A stretch of DNA of 64,000 bases from a virus, in the IMG/VR virus record IMGVR_UViG_3300025018_000121, positions 1-64,000 of that record. One strand, given 5' to 3'. Shown in pieces: positions 47,988 to 58,164 of the stretch. The notes beneath the pieces are model-generated. The model saw only the letters and a list, made by a program, of their open reading frames with translations. It was not told the origin of the DNA and ran no database searches. Position numbers and translations under genes: made by a program. Positions within the stretch are counted from its first letter, which is position 1. Each line of letters starts with the position of its first letter.

Positions 47988-48080
47988 CTCTCCCGTGAAG
48001 AAATGGCGAAGGCTGTAAAGTATACCAGTAAGAGAACAATTAACCATGACAAAAGTGGCAGTGGCATTCGACAGTTCTAA
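47988..48080 (+). pseudogene. orphan duplicate of the helicase 3' end
   Basis: translates LSREEMAKAVKYTSKRTINHDKSGSGIRQF*, versus helicase end ISEKDRGLALKYTSKATLSHDISSAGIKKF*. Confidence 0.75.
48014..48022 (+). promoter_or_regulatory. TGTAAAGTA class-1 motif within the orphan helicase tail
   Basis: exact 9-mer upstream of 48090 and dnaB. Confidence 0.55.
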
Positions 48081-48089
48081 GGAACAGTT

Positions 48090-48782
48090 ATGAACAACAC
48101 TTATAAAAGAAAAGATTTTAAAAAATCTGCACCAACAAAAAAGGGAGACTTTAACGTAAGTCTCCCAGATTCATCTTACGAACACAAATTACTAACCTCA
48201 CACGGAGTAGCACGGCAGGTAATGACGTTCCCTTCTTTTTCGTTAGAGAATCATGTAGCAAACTTTGTATCTGAAGTGGACGGTTTAAAACCAAAAAGTG
48301 TTCCGAAACAAAAACAACTAGACGCAGTAAAGAAAGTATATGAGAACCCATTTAAAGCACCTTACGTTTTTTGTATTTCTGGTAATCCTAATGACATGCG
48401 AGCTAAAATGCTGGCCGTTATGATTCTCAGTAGAGCAATACATTTATTCAGGTCACAAAAAGATTTAGACGAAAAAACGGTTAGGAAACTAAAGCACAAG
48501 TCTAGTCCTGTATTTCATAATGTAATGGGATGGTCAAAAAATCCGTTACTGGAAAGCAGTAATTCTCCTAGTCTTCTAGTTTTGTCTAATGTTCCAAAAG
48601 GCATGACTCAATACAAGCAAGAAAAACTAAGAGATATATTAGAGAAATACTCAGATGTTCCTAGAATTGTTGTGACTACTGGACATGACCCTGTTACTTT
48701 TTTTAACGGGTCTTTGTATATGTCTGTTAACTATGTCTGTTACCTGACAGATAAGATCGTGAAAAAATCACACGAAATTTAA
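48090..48782 (+). CDS. degenerate P-loop protein, candidate helicase loader
   Basis: VFCISGNPNDMRAK (decayed Walker A), LLVLSNV (decayed Walker B), PRIVVTT; precedes DnaB. Confidence 0.4.
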   Translation: MNNTYKRKDFKKSAPTKKGDFNVSLPDSSYEHKLLTSHGVARQVMTFPSFSLENHVANFVSEVDGLKPKSVPKQKQLDAVKKVYENPFKAPYVFCISGNPNDMRAKMLAVMILSRAIHLFRSQKDLDEKTVRKLKHKSSPVFHNVMGWSKNPLLESSNSPSLLVLSNVPKGMTQYKQEKLRDILEKYSDVPRIVVTTGHDPVTFFNGSLYMSVNYVCYLTDKIVKKSHEI

Positions 48783-48792
48783 GAGAGGGAAT

Positions 48793-50106
48793 ATGAAACT
48801 GTTTTCTAACCGTTTGGAAATGCAAGCCATCTACAATATCTGCGAAGGTAAAACTAAATACAGTAGTGTCATGCTTGCTTCGTTGAGCGAAGACCATTTT
48901 CATTCTGAATACTCTAAAGAGATTATAGGCAGAATTAAACGTGTAACTCAGATTAATGGAGAGATACCTAACATAAAGGAAATCAGCGTAGACCCTGTAA
49001 TTTCAGAAGACTCCCGCAAAGCTATTTCCAAGTTTGAAGGGGACATAGTTGACTCCCGTCGAAAGTCTTTGAAAATAGTTAATAATCTTCACAAATACTA
49101 TCAGATGCGAAAGCTTTATTTCCTGTCTGAAAAAATCAACGAAGCCCTTTTAAGAGATAAAGTAGATGTAGAAAAACTGGTAAACCAAACCGCACAAGAA
49201 ATATCTAAGGTATCTATAAAAATTGATTCGCAACAGCAGATGTTTAACCTTGGGGGTAACGGTACTTTTTCTAAGGTACTAAAGAAACTTACCAATGATG
49301 AAAAACCCGAAATGATTCCTACAGGGTTTTCAGATTTTGACAGAACTAACGGTGGTTTGTTTTATGGTTCTATGGTTTTGATTGGTGGTACAACAGGTGG
49401 CGGCAAATCCAGTCTTGCTATTCAACTTTTGAAAAACATGGCGGAAAATGCGGAGAGTTGCGTATACGTTCCTCTGGAAATGACAGAGGTAGAAAGCGGC
49501 GCTCGATTAATGTCCAACCTATCAGGAATTAGTCTACTAAAGATACTTCAAAAGAAACTTACCCGTGCGGAGAAAAAGAAAGTAATTAGTGAAGGAAAAA
49601 AGTTTCATGCCAAGTTGAAGAAACAAGGCAACATGTATTCTATTATGTCACCTGAAGAAGACATGACAGCGGAGGAGATTTTGTTAATGCTTCAGCCTTA
49701 CGGATTCCGCGTAATTCTGATCGACTATATTTCTCTGTTAAAAGGCGTAGATGGCGAAGAATCTTGGAAGCAACTTTCAAATGTTGCGCGTATGTGTAAG
49801 ATTTACGCGAAGACTCACAACATTATTGTTATTCTTTTGGTACAGATTAATGATGAAGGCTATATTCGTTATTCAAAAGGCGTAGAAGAACACGCAAACA
49901 ATGCTTGGTATTTTGTAGCGAATAAAGAAACCCGTGAAGCTGGCGTTTTAAATATTACTCAGAAGAAAGCACGTAACCAAGCCATGTTTGATTTTCAACT
50001 GGCTTTTGAAGCTGACGTTATGCGGATATACGATATGGATAAAAGCACGGCAAGCAGTAATGAAAGCGGAGACACTGAAGAACTAAGTGATATGAGTGGT
50101 GACTAA
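48793..50106 (+). CDS. dnaB: replicative DnaB-like helicase
   Basis: IPTGFSDFD..NGG, IGGTTGGGKS, PLEM, ILIDYISLL, LVQIN, KARNQ. Confidence 0.92.
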   Translation: MKLFSNRLEMQAIYNICEGKTKYSSVMLASLSEDHFHSEYSKEIIGRIKRVTQINGEIPNIKEISVDPVISEDSRKAISKFEGDIVDSRRKSLKIVNNLHKYYQMRKLYFLSEKINEALLRDKVDVEKLVNQTAQEISKVSIKIDSQQQMFNLGGNGTFSKVLKKLTNDEKPEMIPTGFSDFDRTNGGLFYGSMVLIGGTTGGGKSSLAIQLLKNMAENAESCVYVPLEMTEVESGARLMSNLSGISLLKILQKKLTRAEKKKVISEGKKFHAKLKKQGNMYSIMSPEEDMTAEEILLMLQPYGFRVILIDYISLLKGVDGEESWKQLSNVARMCKIYAKTHNIIVILLVQINDEGYIRYSKGVEEHANNAWYFVANKETREAGVLNITQKKARNQAMFDFQLAFEADVMRIYDMDKSTASSNESGDTEELSDMSGD

Positions 50107-50751
50107 ATGAAAGTTTTAAACGGCCCCGGTAATCCGATAACAGGCTCTACTTTAGCTTCGGACTTAGAAGATGAACAACTTCCGTTTGAAATTCTAGAAA
50201 GAATGAAAGAGATCGACGAAAACTTTGAGACACAAATCTTTGTTAAGAAAAGAAAGAAAGAGACAAAACAAATAAAAAAGAGTAATAAATTTCTGAATAT
50301 TAAAGGAGAGTTGCCTTTCTGTATTCACTTACCAGAAAAAACTATTTCCATGTCTGGTAGCAAAAAAGAATGGGAGCAGCATAAAAAACAAGTATCTAAG
50401 GAAATTGACGCAAAAACAACTGACATTATATCCGTAAATAAAAAATCTAAACATGCCTTTATCAATAAACTAGATCAGCACCAGAGAGACTTTGAAACTT
50501 TCTTTCTACATGAATTATCGCCCTTAGAGTCGGCGTTTGAACCTTCCTTAGATAACGTAAAACAAATACTAGAACTAATTACTAAATCAGAAGTAGACAC
50601 TGGGGATTTGGGTACATTTAGAGCAATGCTGCGCGACGTTTTATATATTAAAGCTCTTGAATTCTTTGCAGATAAAGCTAATTTAAGTGAAAGTCAGCAG
50701 GCCATATTAAACGAGAAATACTTCAGGCCAAAGGAATTCAAAAAAGAGTAA
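50107..50751 (+). CDS. hypothetical protein upstream of TerL, with MKVLN leader
   Basis: 214-aa ORF; alternative TerS candidate by position. Confidence 0.5.
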   Translation: MKVLNGPGNPITGSTLASDLEDEQLPFEILERMKEIDENFETQIFVKKRKKETKQIKKSNKFLNIKGELPFCIHLPEKTISMSGSKKEWEQHKKQVSKEIDAKTTDIISVNKKSKHAFINKLDQHQRDFETFFLHELSPLESAFEPSLDNVKQILELITKSEVDTGDLGTFRAMLRDVLYIKALEFFADKANLSESQQAILNEKYFRPKEFKKE

Positions 50752-50757
50752 AAGCGT

Positions 50758-53700
50758 ATGAAAACCTCAGATGTTAAATTTAGTAAAAGAAAAGCATTAG
50801 CAAAAGGAAAGAACTGTTTAAATTGTGCTTCCTTTTCCAAGTGCAGTAAAAGTAAAAAGTCAGGGTCTTATGTTTGCGAATCCTACAAGAAAATAAAAGT
50901 AAAGGGAGAAAATGCTTTTTCTCTAGAGGATATGTTTGCTGATACTAATTTCCACGTAGCAGATGACTACTCAGACTTCGTTCCCATTGAAGACGAACAC
51001 GACTTTAAAAATATGGAAATTAATGTCGTTAAAATGATGGACGAAATCTTCGAGAGCGAAAATCCCTACCCCCGTGACTTAAAAATTGATGATCGTGACT
51101 TACCGGAATTTAAAAATATTTATGAATACTTCTTTGACCCTGTTTATGGTCTAGCAAAAAATATGCAGCCTTTTTCTAGGCAGCTATGGGCTGGAGTAAA
51201 ACTCTTTGGTGATTACTGCCCTATATGCTCAGACCACAAATTTATGGAGGACATTGAAAATTGCCCTATTTCTATGAGAGCAATTGATTTTCCAGAACAT
51301 GTAGTATTTATGGAAAATGGAAAATGCCCTAAATGCAAAGGACATAAGTTAGACTTTGTTAAAAAAGGTTACATGAATTTTTATAGAGACTTTGCAGCTT
51401 GCTTAGGACAACGTTCCGGTAAGTCTGTGACTTTTTCTATGTTTAGTGGATATCATCACCACAAGTTTTTAAAAATGGGAAAGCCTGCTGAATTATTAAC
51501 AGGTCTGCCTAACGTAACTCTAACCGCAACATATACGGCAACAGATTTTAAAACTGCTATGGAAACCTTGTGGCAGCCTTTTGTAGATATTATTGACGAA
51601 TCGCCGTGGTTTAAAGCTTATCACTCTATGCTAGACCACTATGGTAAAAAATACGGCGAAGAAATTTATCGTTTTAAAGAAAGTTTCCTACATTATAAAC
51701 ACACTAAAATGTTTACGTCGGCTGCTTCACCTAACAAAAGAACAATGCGTGGTCGTTGTTTAACAGGTGATACTCTTGTTAACACGTCACAAGGCACTAT
51801 GCACTTTTCTGAATTTATTAAAGAAATGGACTACAATAAAACCGATCTACAGATTATGTCGCACCTTGGTGGGCGTACTGTAAGCCATACCTACAAGTCA
51901 GAAGAAACAGAAACCTATAAATTAAGAACCCGAAATGGTTTTTCTGTAGAAGGTACTCCAGAGCATCCAATGCTTGTTTTAAATGAAGACCTTTCTATGG
52001 ATTGGGTTACTTTAGATAAATTAAAAGTAGGGCAATGGATAGTATCAAAAACAAATAAAGAGAAAACCCTGTACGGAAATGCGAAGCTGTCTAAAACAGA
52101 TGCTGAATTACTCGGATACTTTGTAGCTAACGGTTATAGGAATGAAGTTTCGACAAACGATCAAGACGTAGCCAACCGCTTAATTTATCTAGGTAAAAAG
52201 ATAACTGGAGTAATTCCAACCCATACTAAAAATAATTCTTCTATTCGCGCAGACTCTTACAGGTTTATCTACAAAAACGGGGAGTCTAATTTCGTAAGAG
52301 ACTACTTAAATCCTTTAGGGTATGACTTTAAAAATTCAAAAGATAAAATGATTCCTGCTATTGTCAGGATGGCCCCTAGAGAAGTTATGCACGAATTTTT
52401 GGAAGCTTATTTTAAATGTGATAGTGGTATTAATGGAGGCTCAAAAAATTCCCCTTCAGAAATAGAGGTGGGTTCCGCTAGTAAAAAACTGGCTAAACAA
52501 CTACACGTTATTTTATTTAAAAACTACGGTATACTTGGAAGACTGACCAAGCACACTTTCTATGATAAACTGAACAAAACTACCGGAAACTTTAATGCAA
52601 AAAGAAACCATTGGACTATTACGATAACTGGTTACGACGCGAACCTATTTTTGCAGACTTTCAAGAAAGCAAAAGTTCAAAAATACAAAGATAGAATAAA
52701 AGACGTACCTAAAGGCTTTATGTCCGACAGAAGAAGTGTTCCTTATGTAAGAAAATTTCTTTGGGACTTATACGAAAACTCCCGACTGGTAGATACATTA
52801 GGTAAAAGACTCAGAAGACTTATTGCAGAAAATGGCAGTGTAGTCTTAAACAATATCAAGCCCAAGTGTTTTGATAGGTTACGTTCTAGTAGAGATATTT
52901 ACGAAGAAACGCCAGAATACTTAATTTACGGAGACGATTGGGATATTTTAATACCAAGAATTAAAGACCTTAATTTAAGCAAGGGTACTGCACTTAAAGA
53001 CTTTTTATCTTTTGAGGGGCACTTTGAACAAGTAGTTGAGATTAAAAAATCTTCTAAAAAGAAAACTGTATACGACGTTACCGTACCGGATGGCCATGCT
53101 TTTATTGCAAATTGTCTGGTTTCTCACAATACCCGTTTTGAATATGCAATCGACGAATTAGGCTGGTTTGATGCTTCAAGTGAATCAAAAGATAAAGTAC
53201 GTATTTCCGCAGATGAAATTTACGGCGCACTAGACCGTTCAATGAAAACAGTTATGTCTGCATCTAAAAGATTATTTCTACAAGGTTATAGTGGTACAAC
53301 ACCGGGAATGTCTTTTAATATTTCTTCGCCTTCTGCCTACGACGATAAAATTATGTCTATGTGCAGAATCCATAAAGACTCTAGAGTAGTTTTAGCGCTT
53401 CACTTACCCACTTGGAAATACAATCCTAAAGAGCCTAAAGAAAACTTCAGAAAAGAATACATGGAAGACCCTATAAAAGCTGAACGTGACTTTGGTGCTA
53501 ATCCTCCTATGGCAGCCTCGCCATTCTTTGAAAACATTAACGCCATAGTTCCAAACTTCACAGACAAAGCAAATTTCGCAACTTACGAATATTCATTAAA
53601 GAAAGTAAATAACACACTTTATAAATCTGCTAAATTGAAGTTGAGTGTACGCGGCGATATTTACCCCTCAGTCCTCGCACTAGATGCTGGTTTTTCTAAT

Positions 53701-54345
53701 AACTCTTTTGCTCTTGCTGTCGGCCACCGTAGAGAAAAAGAAACTATATTTACTACCCTTATTGAAATCATGCCAGATAAGGGTAAAAATGTTTTGAACT
53801 ACAATTCTATCTTTGAAGAAGTAGTAGTCCCTTTAGTAGACTCATTAAATGTTCAATTTATTTGTGCTGACCGTTGGAACTCTTTATTCCTTTTACATAA
53901 ATTAGAAGAAGATAAAAAAATAAAGCAAATGCAGTATAGCGTTAAATACGCAGACTTCAATTTATTTAAATCATACTCTGAGGGTAATAGAATTCTATTT
54001 CCCAAAATGGAAATGCGAGCAGAAAAAGCATTAACTATTCCTAGCACAGAATACATAGAGAAGTTTACGTACAAACCCTGTGCCCATTTATTCTCTCAGA
54101 TATTTACTGTTGAAGACAAAGGCCGCACTGTTGATAAAGGTAAAAACAGAACTGACGATTTATTTAGAGCTGTGGTATTAGCCTCTAGGTTCTTACTTGA
54201 TGATTCATGGGTAGCTGAGAATCTTAATTTAACCAAAAGAAAAAACAGCAATATGGGAATCGTTGCACTGGCTAATGGTGCAAGCCCTACAGGCACTTTA
54301 GCTACGGCAACAGGTAAAGGAATTATTTCGTCAGGAGGTCATTAA
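50758..54345 (+). CDS. terL: terminase large subunit containing an intein
   Basis: GQRSGKS Walker A, AIDELGW Walker B, ISSP, ALDAG, ADRWNS, TDDLFRA; N-terminal Cys clusters. Confidence 0.9.
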   Translation: MKTSDVKFSKRKALAKGKNCLNCASFSKCSKSKKSGSYVCESYKKIKVKGENAFSLEDMFADTNFHVADDYSDFVPIEDEHDFKNMEINVVKMMDEIFESENPYPRDLKIDDRDLPEFKNIYEYFFDPVYGLAKNMQPFSRQLWAGVKLFGDYCPICSDHKFMEDIENCPISMRAIDFPEHVVFMENGKCPKCKGHKLDFVKKGYMNFYRDFAACLGQRSGKSVTFSMFSGYHHHKFLKMGKPAELLTGLPNVTLTATYTATDFKTAMETLWQPFVDIIDESPWFKAYHSMLDHYGKKYGEEIYRFKESFLHYKHTKMFTSAASPNKRTMRGRCLTGDTLVNTSQGTMHFSEFIKEMDYNKTDLQIMSHLGGRTVSHTYKSEETETYKLRTRNGFSVEGTPEHPMLVLNEDLSMDWVTLDKLKVGQWIVSKTNKEKTLYGNAKLSKTDAELLGYFVANGYRNEVSTNDQDVANRLIYLGKKITGVIPTHTKNNSSIRADSYRFIYKNGESNFVRDYLNPLGYDFKNSKDKMIPAIVRMAPREVMHEFLEAYFKCDSGINGGSKNSPSEIEVGSASKKLAKQLHVILFKNYGILGRLTKHTFYDKLNKTTGNFNAKRNHWTITITGYDANLFLQTFKKAKVQKYKDRIKDVPKGFMSDRRSVPYVRKFLWDLYENSRLVDTLGKRLRRLIAENGSVVLNNIKPKCFDRLRSSRDIYEETPEYLIYGDDWDILIPRIKDLNLSKGTALKDFLSFEGHFEQVVEIKKSSKKKTVYDVTVPDGHAFIANCLVSHNTRFEYAIDELGWFDASSESKDKVRISADEIYGALDRSMKTVMSASKRLFLQGYSGTTPGMSFNISSPSAYDDKIMSMCRIHKDSRVVLALHLPTWKYNPKEPKENFRKEYMEDPIKAERDFGANPPMAASPFFENINAIVPNFTDKANFATYEYSLKKVNNTLYKSAKLKLSVRGDIYPSVLALDAGFSNNSFALAVGHRREKETIFTTLIEIMPDKGKNVLNYNSIFEEVVVPLVDSLNVQFICADRWNSLFLLHKLEEDKKIKQMQYSVKYADFNLFKSYSEGNRILFPKMEMRAEKALTIPSTEYIEKFTYKPCAHLFSQIFTVEDKGRTVDKGKNRTDDLFRAVVLASRFLLDDSWVAENLNLTKRKNSNMGIVALANGASPTGTLATATGKGIISSGGH
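51757..53130 (+). mobile_element. 458-aa intein with LAGLIDADG-type endonuclease domain
   Basis: GR|CLTGDTLV ... TPEHP ... LLGYFVANG ... FLEAYFKCDSG ... VYDVTV..GHAFIANCLVSHN|T. Confidence 0.93.
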
Positions 54346-54348
54346 TAA

Positions 54349-54358
54349 CTAATTTAAT
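54349..54358 (+). promoter_or_regulatory. CTAATTTAAT class-2 promoter-like motif
   Basis: intergenic, upstream of the portal operon. Confidence 0.6.
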
Positions 54359-54380
54359 CCTATACAACAGGAGAGTTTTT

Positions 54381-54575
54381 ATGGAACGTATCAACCCATT
54401 AAATGCAGAAGTTGCGTCAGAAAAAACTTCTGAAACAGCTAATCACAATTCAATTGATGACGTATCTATTTGTCCTGCTGACGGTTGTGGAAAGCCTATG
54501 CGAATTATGCGGGCTAATGGTCATAATTGTTTTGTTTGTTTGACTCACAGAATTGCACTGCCTTGCCCCGATTAA
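54381..54575 (+). CDS. small zinc-ribbon protein with RINPLN leader
   Basis: CPADGC...CLTH; AGGAG RBS. Confidence 0.7.
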   Translation: MERINPLNAEVASEKTSETANHNSIDDVSICPADGCGKPMRIMRANGHNCFVCLTHRIALPCPD

Positions 54576-54593
54576 TACCAAAAGGTAAATAAT

Positions 54594-56357
54594 ATGAAGC
54601 CGCTTAATAAAGTAGTGATTAAAGATAATCGAGTTGTATCTACTAAACTTGGTGGTAAAGGTACGAAAGTAGGCGCGTCCACAGAAGCAGGTAAAGAACA
54701 ATTAGCATTTACCGGAACAGGTGGCGTACAAGGCGGAAGAAATTCTGTAAGCGTCTCGACAATTGGTACAGGCTCAGTAAAATATTTAGACACTCTGTTG
54801 TCTGGTTTTATTGACGAAAGAAATGAAACGCAATTAAGAAATATATATCGTGACATTTATTATTATGACTCTGTATGTGGTGGGGCTGCTGATATGATAA
54901 GCACCCTGCCATTTTCTGATTTTTCCCTTAACGGTTTGGACGATAAAAAACTTGAAGTGTATCAACACGCAGTAGACCGTCTTAACTTAAAAACACAGTT
55001 CCCTTCTTTTGCTTTAGGTTATTTAGTCGATGCAGAATATGCAGGTACTCTAGTTATGCAGGATAAATCCTTTACGGATATTCTGCCACACGACATTCAA
55101 GACTGTAATATTGAGGACATGCCTTTCGTTTCACAAGACCCGTTAATTACAGTTTCTAAATCAGAAAAGCTTAAAAACTTTTTGGAGAGTGAAGCAGAAG
55201 TAATTAAGCGTCAGCGTAGAAACTATCCTGCAAAAATGCTGAAGGCACTAGAAGAAAATGAATTTGAACTTGACCCTTTGACAACAATTTATTTAGCACG
55301 TAAAGGAATTAATGGAAAACCAACTTCTTTCTTCAGGCGCGTACTTCCGTGGTACTTAATTGAGAAAACTCTTTTGCGGGGTACTATTGTAGAAGCTTCT
55401 AAACGTCAGCGCTCTGCATTGCATGTTGCTGCTGGCGGTGATATGTGGGAGCCAACACCTGAAGAATTATCTGCTATCGTTGCGCTTTTTCAACAAGCAG
55501 ACTTTGATCCTTTAGGCCCAACTATCGCCACAAGAAATGATATTCAGATAAATGAAATTCGCCAAGGCGGAGACTTCTGGAAAATTACAGATGTTATTGA
55601 TACTACTAACCAATTAAAAATGAGAGCACTAGGAATTAGTGAAGCCTTTTTAAGTGGTGACGTTACTTACAACACTTCAGAAGCTGCATTGTCTGTATTC
55701 ATTGAGAATATCCGTACTTTCCGTGACTACATGACACAACAAACTTTCTATCGTAAAATGTTCCCGCTTATTGCACATTTAAATGGATTCACAAAAAAGA
55801 AATCAGAAACTGCACAAACTCTTTCTTTTAGAATTAATGACACTACATCGTATGATATTCCACAAGTACGTTGGCATAAATCTCTGCACCCGCACTCTGA
55901 TAGAGACACTATGGAAATTCTTAATCAAATGGCAGACAAAGGAATTCCCGTTACTTTAAGAATGTGGGCGGCTGCCGGCGGTATTGATTTAGATAGTGTT
56001 ATTAATGAATTAGATCAGGACAAAAAAATTCGTGCCAGAATAAAAGAAAAGACTGCTGACATGGACAATGACGGCATGAATGATAATGCTGAAATTGGCG
56101 AAGACAATTTTTCTTTTGCTAAACTCGCTCCTATTAGACGTATTGGTATGTTTGGTAGAGACTACGGCGAAGCTGCTGAAATTACAGGCACTACTGTTAC
56201 AGGTAAAAAGAAATACATATACAATCAAAAAGCTGCTAACGAAAAAGCTAACTGGCATATTGTTCAAGCCTTGTCTGCATTAAACGACCCTAGTCATTAC
56301 ATAGACACCAAAAAGAAAATTCAGAGTCGCTTAGGTAGAAGCAGGCGCGTGAGGTAA
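54594..56357 (+). CDS. portal protein
   Basis: position between TerL and protease; YRDIY...VCGGA.D; RALGISEAFLSGDVTY pattern. Confidence 0.75.
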   Translation: MKPLNKVVIKDNRVVSTKLGGKGTKVGASTEAGKEQLAFTGTGGVQGGRNSVSVSTIGTGSVKYLDTLLSGFIDERNETQLRNIYRDIYYYDSVCGGAADMISTLPFSDFSLNGLDDKKLEVYQHAVDRLNLKTQFPSFALGYLVDAEYAGTLVMQDKSFTDILPHDIQDCNIEDMPFVSQDPLITVSKSEKLKNFLESEAEVIKRQRRNYPAKMLKALEENEFELDPLTTIYLARKGINGKPTSFFRRVLPWYLIEKTLLRGTIVEASKRQRSALHVAAGGDMWEPTPEELSAIVALFQQADFDPLGPTIATRNDIQINEIRQGGDFWKITDVIDTTNQLKMRALGISEAFLSGDVTYNTSEAALSVFIENIRTFRDYMTQQTFYRKMFPLIAHLNGFTKKKSETAQTLSFRINDTTSYDIPQVRWHKSLHPHSDRDTMEILNQMADKGIPVTLRMWAAAGGIDLDSVINELDQDKKIRARIKEKTADMDNDGMNDNAEIGEDNFSFAKLAPIRRIGMFGRDYGEAAEITGTTVTGKKKYIYNQKAANEKANWHIVQALSALNDPSHYIDTKKKIQSRLGRSRRVR

Positions 56358-56359
56358 TT

Positions 56360-57370
56360 ATGAATTATAAAGCTGATTTGAAATACGAAGTAGACTATGA
56401 GGAATTTGAATTCTATTTAGAAAAAGCCAATGACGTTTATGTTATTGGTATTATATCTGAAACGCCCGTCCAACCTAACGAGTCTTTTATTCGTAAAAGA
56501 CTCGGTACTCTTTTAATAAGAATAGAAGCAAACCTTAGACTAAAAGGTATTACTAAAATAGCCGCTGTAGTCCCAGAAGAAGACATTCATTTTTATTCCA
56601 CTTTCTTTAACATGGCAGGTATTACTACATTTTTAATGTGCCGCTTTCCTCCCGACAATGAGTTCACAGATCATTATTTTATTTCAGACTCTGCCGAAAA
56701 AGACTTGAAGATTTATGAGAAATGCAGTGTAGTATTCAATATCTATAATCCGGATACTGAAGACGATATTGAAGCTACCGCAGATAATTTAGAAAATGAA
56801 AACATTGTTTATATTGAAGTAAAAGATATTGAGGACACTCAAATAGAAGGTGGCGACCCATTAAGTTTGGTGCGCGTATTAAAAGGCGAAAACTTTAAGC
56901 GTAGAAAAAATGACCCTTATTCTACTTTCCCTGATGGCTCTGATCGTTTTACCAGAGAGCCTGAAACTTTTATGAGTAGAATGTTAGAAGCTAGGCCAAA
57001 AGATGACGCTCAAGAAATACGCCGCGTTGTTACTTCTAGTGTAGAGAATGTCCCACCACAAACTGTTAGAACCGAAGCACAAAAAGGTTTGGATTACAGA
57101 GACAAATATAATAGAGGCGGAACTGCAATTGGTATTGCGCAGGCGCGTGACCTTTCTAACGGAAAAAATGTTTCAGAAAAAACAATCAGACGCATGGTGG
57201 CTTTTTTTACTCGCCATGAAAAGAACAGAGTTCCCCCTAGTAAAAAGAAAAAGCCAGATGGAGGCCCTACTAATGGCTGGATTGCTTGGCTTCTTTGGGG
57301 TGGTGACTCTGGTTATGATTGGGCGCTTTCTCAGTTAAAGAAAATAGAGAAAGAAAAAGAATCTAAGTGA
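56360..57370 (+). CDS. two-domain head-associated protein (GNAT-like N-terminus; conserved WLLWGGD domain)
   Basis: RLGTLL..IE..LR.KG...I....HFY; C-terminal GGTAIGIAQARDLSNG...RM.AFF.RH...IAWLLWGGD. Confidence 0.5.
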   Translation: MNYKADLKYEVDYEEFEFYLEKANDVYVIGIISETPVQPNESFIRKRLGTLLIRIEANLRLKGITKIAAVVPEEDIHFYSTFFNMAGITTFLMCRFPPDNEFTDHYFISDSAEKDLKIYEKCSVVFNIYNPDTEDDIEATADNLENENIVYIEVKDIEDTQIEGGDPLSLVRVLKGENFKRRKNDPYSTFPDGSDRFTREPETFMSRMLEARPKDDAQEIRRVVTSSVENVPPQTVRTEAQKGLDYRDKYNRGGTAIGIAQARDLSNGKNVSEKTIRRMVAFFTRHEKNRVPPSKKKKPDGGPTNGWIAWLLWGGDSGYDWALSQLKKIEKEKESK

Positions 57371-57380
57371 GGATTTATTT

Positions 57381-58157
57381 ATGCGTCAGGATTTTCAAGA
57401 CTTGAGTTTAAGAGAGGCTGTCTACGCTGACGCCTTTATGGAAGGTAAAGCAATTGATATTCACAAAGAGGTACGTTCTAAGAATATTCAAATTGCTACT
57501 AATGATATGGTTTTAAATAAAAGTTCCAACGTTCTTACAACAGAAGCAGAGCAGAAATTGGATATTACTAACTGGCTCCCTTTTGCTTCTAAAAAATATT
57601 TAATCAGCCCTGATATTAACGATTATATTTTTGTTCCTGTTTTGACTATCCCGTCTGACTTACCTAACAGAAATGGCGTAGCGTTTCCGTTGAAAACTCT
57701 ATTGGAATTTAATGTTGATGCAGGCTGCCAAGGCTATAAAACTTTTAGAGGCAAGCCTGTACATTACGAACATCAAAATAAAGACCCGACGAAAGCAAAA
57801 GGTGTTATCGTTGATTCTTTTTTACGCCGTATTAATGGTTTTGGTGGTGGTAACGTCTGGAAGGTAATGTTGTTGCTTGCTATTGATAGAACAAAAGACG
57901 TTTCTCTTTCTAGTCAGATTATTAGTGGTGAAATGAACTCTTATTCAATGGGAGCTTACGTAGATAAATATACTTGTTCTTATTGTGGCTCCGATGTTGG
58001 AAAATGCACTCACATTAAAGCAAATAGCCCTGTTAATTTTTACGAACTTAATGGCGACCTTGTATTTAAAAATATGCACGGCATGATGGGTTTTGAGTGT
58101 TCGTCTGTAGGCACGCCCGCTTGGAGTCCTGCTGCGAGTAATACTGTTTATATGTGA
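57381..58157 (+). CDS. prohead maturation protease with Zn-finger insertion
   Basis: PNRNG.AF, GKPVHYEH, SYSMG..V...CSYCG....CTH, FECSSV..PA. Confidence 0.75.
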   Translation: MRQDFQDLSLREAVYADAFMEGKAIDIHKEVRSKNIQIATNDMVLNKSSNVLTTEAEQKLDITNWLPFASKKYLISPDINDYIFVPVLTIPSDLPNRNGVAFPLKTLLEFNVDAGCQGYKTFRGKPVHYEHQNKDPTKAKGVIVDSFLRRINGFGGGNVWKVMLLLAIDRTKDVSLSSQIISGEMNSYSMGAYVDKYTCSYCGSDVGKCTHIKANSPVNFYELNGDLVFKNMHGMMGFECSSVGTPAWSPAASNTVYM

Positions 58158-58164
58158 GGCATTT

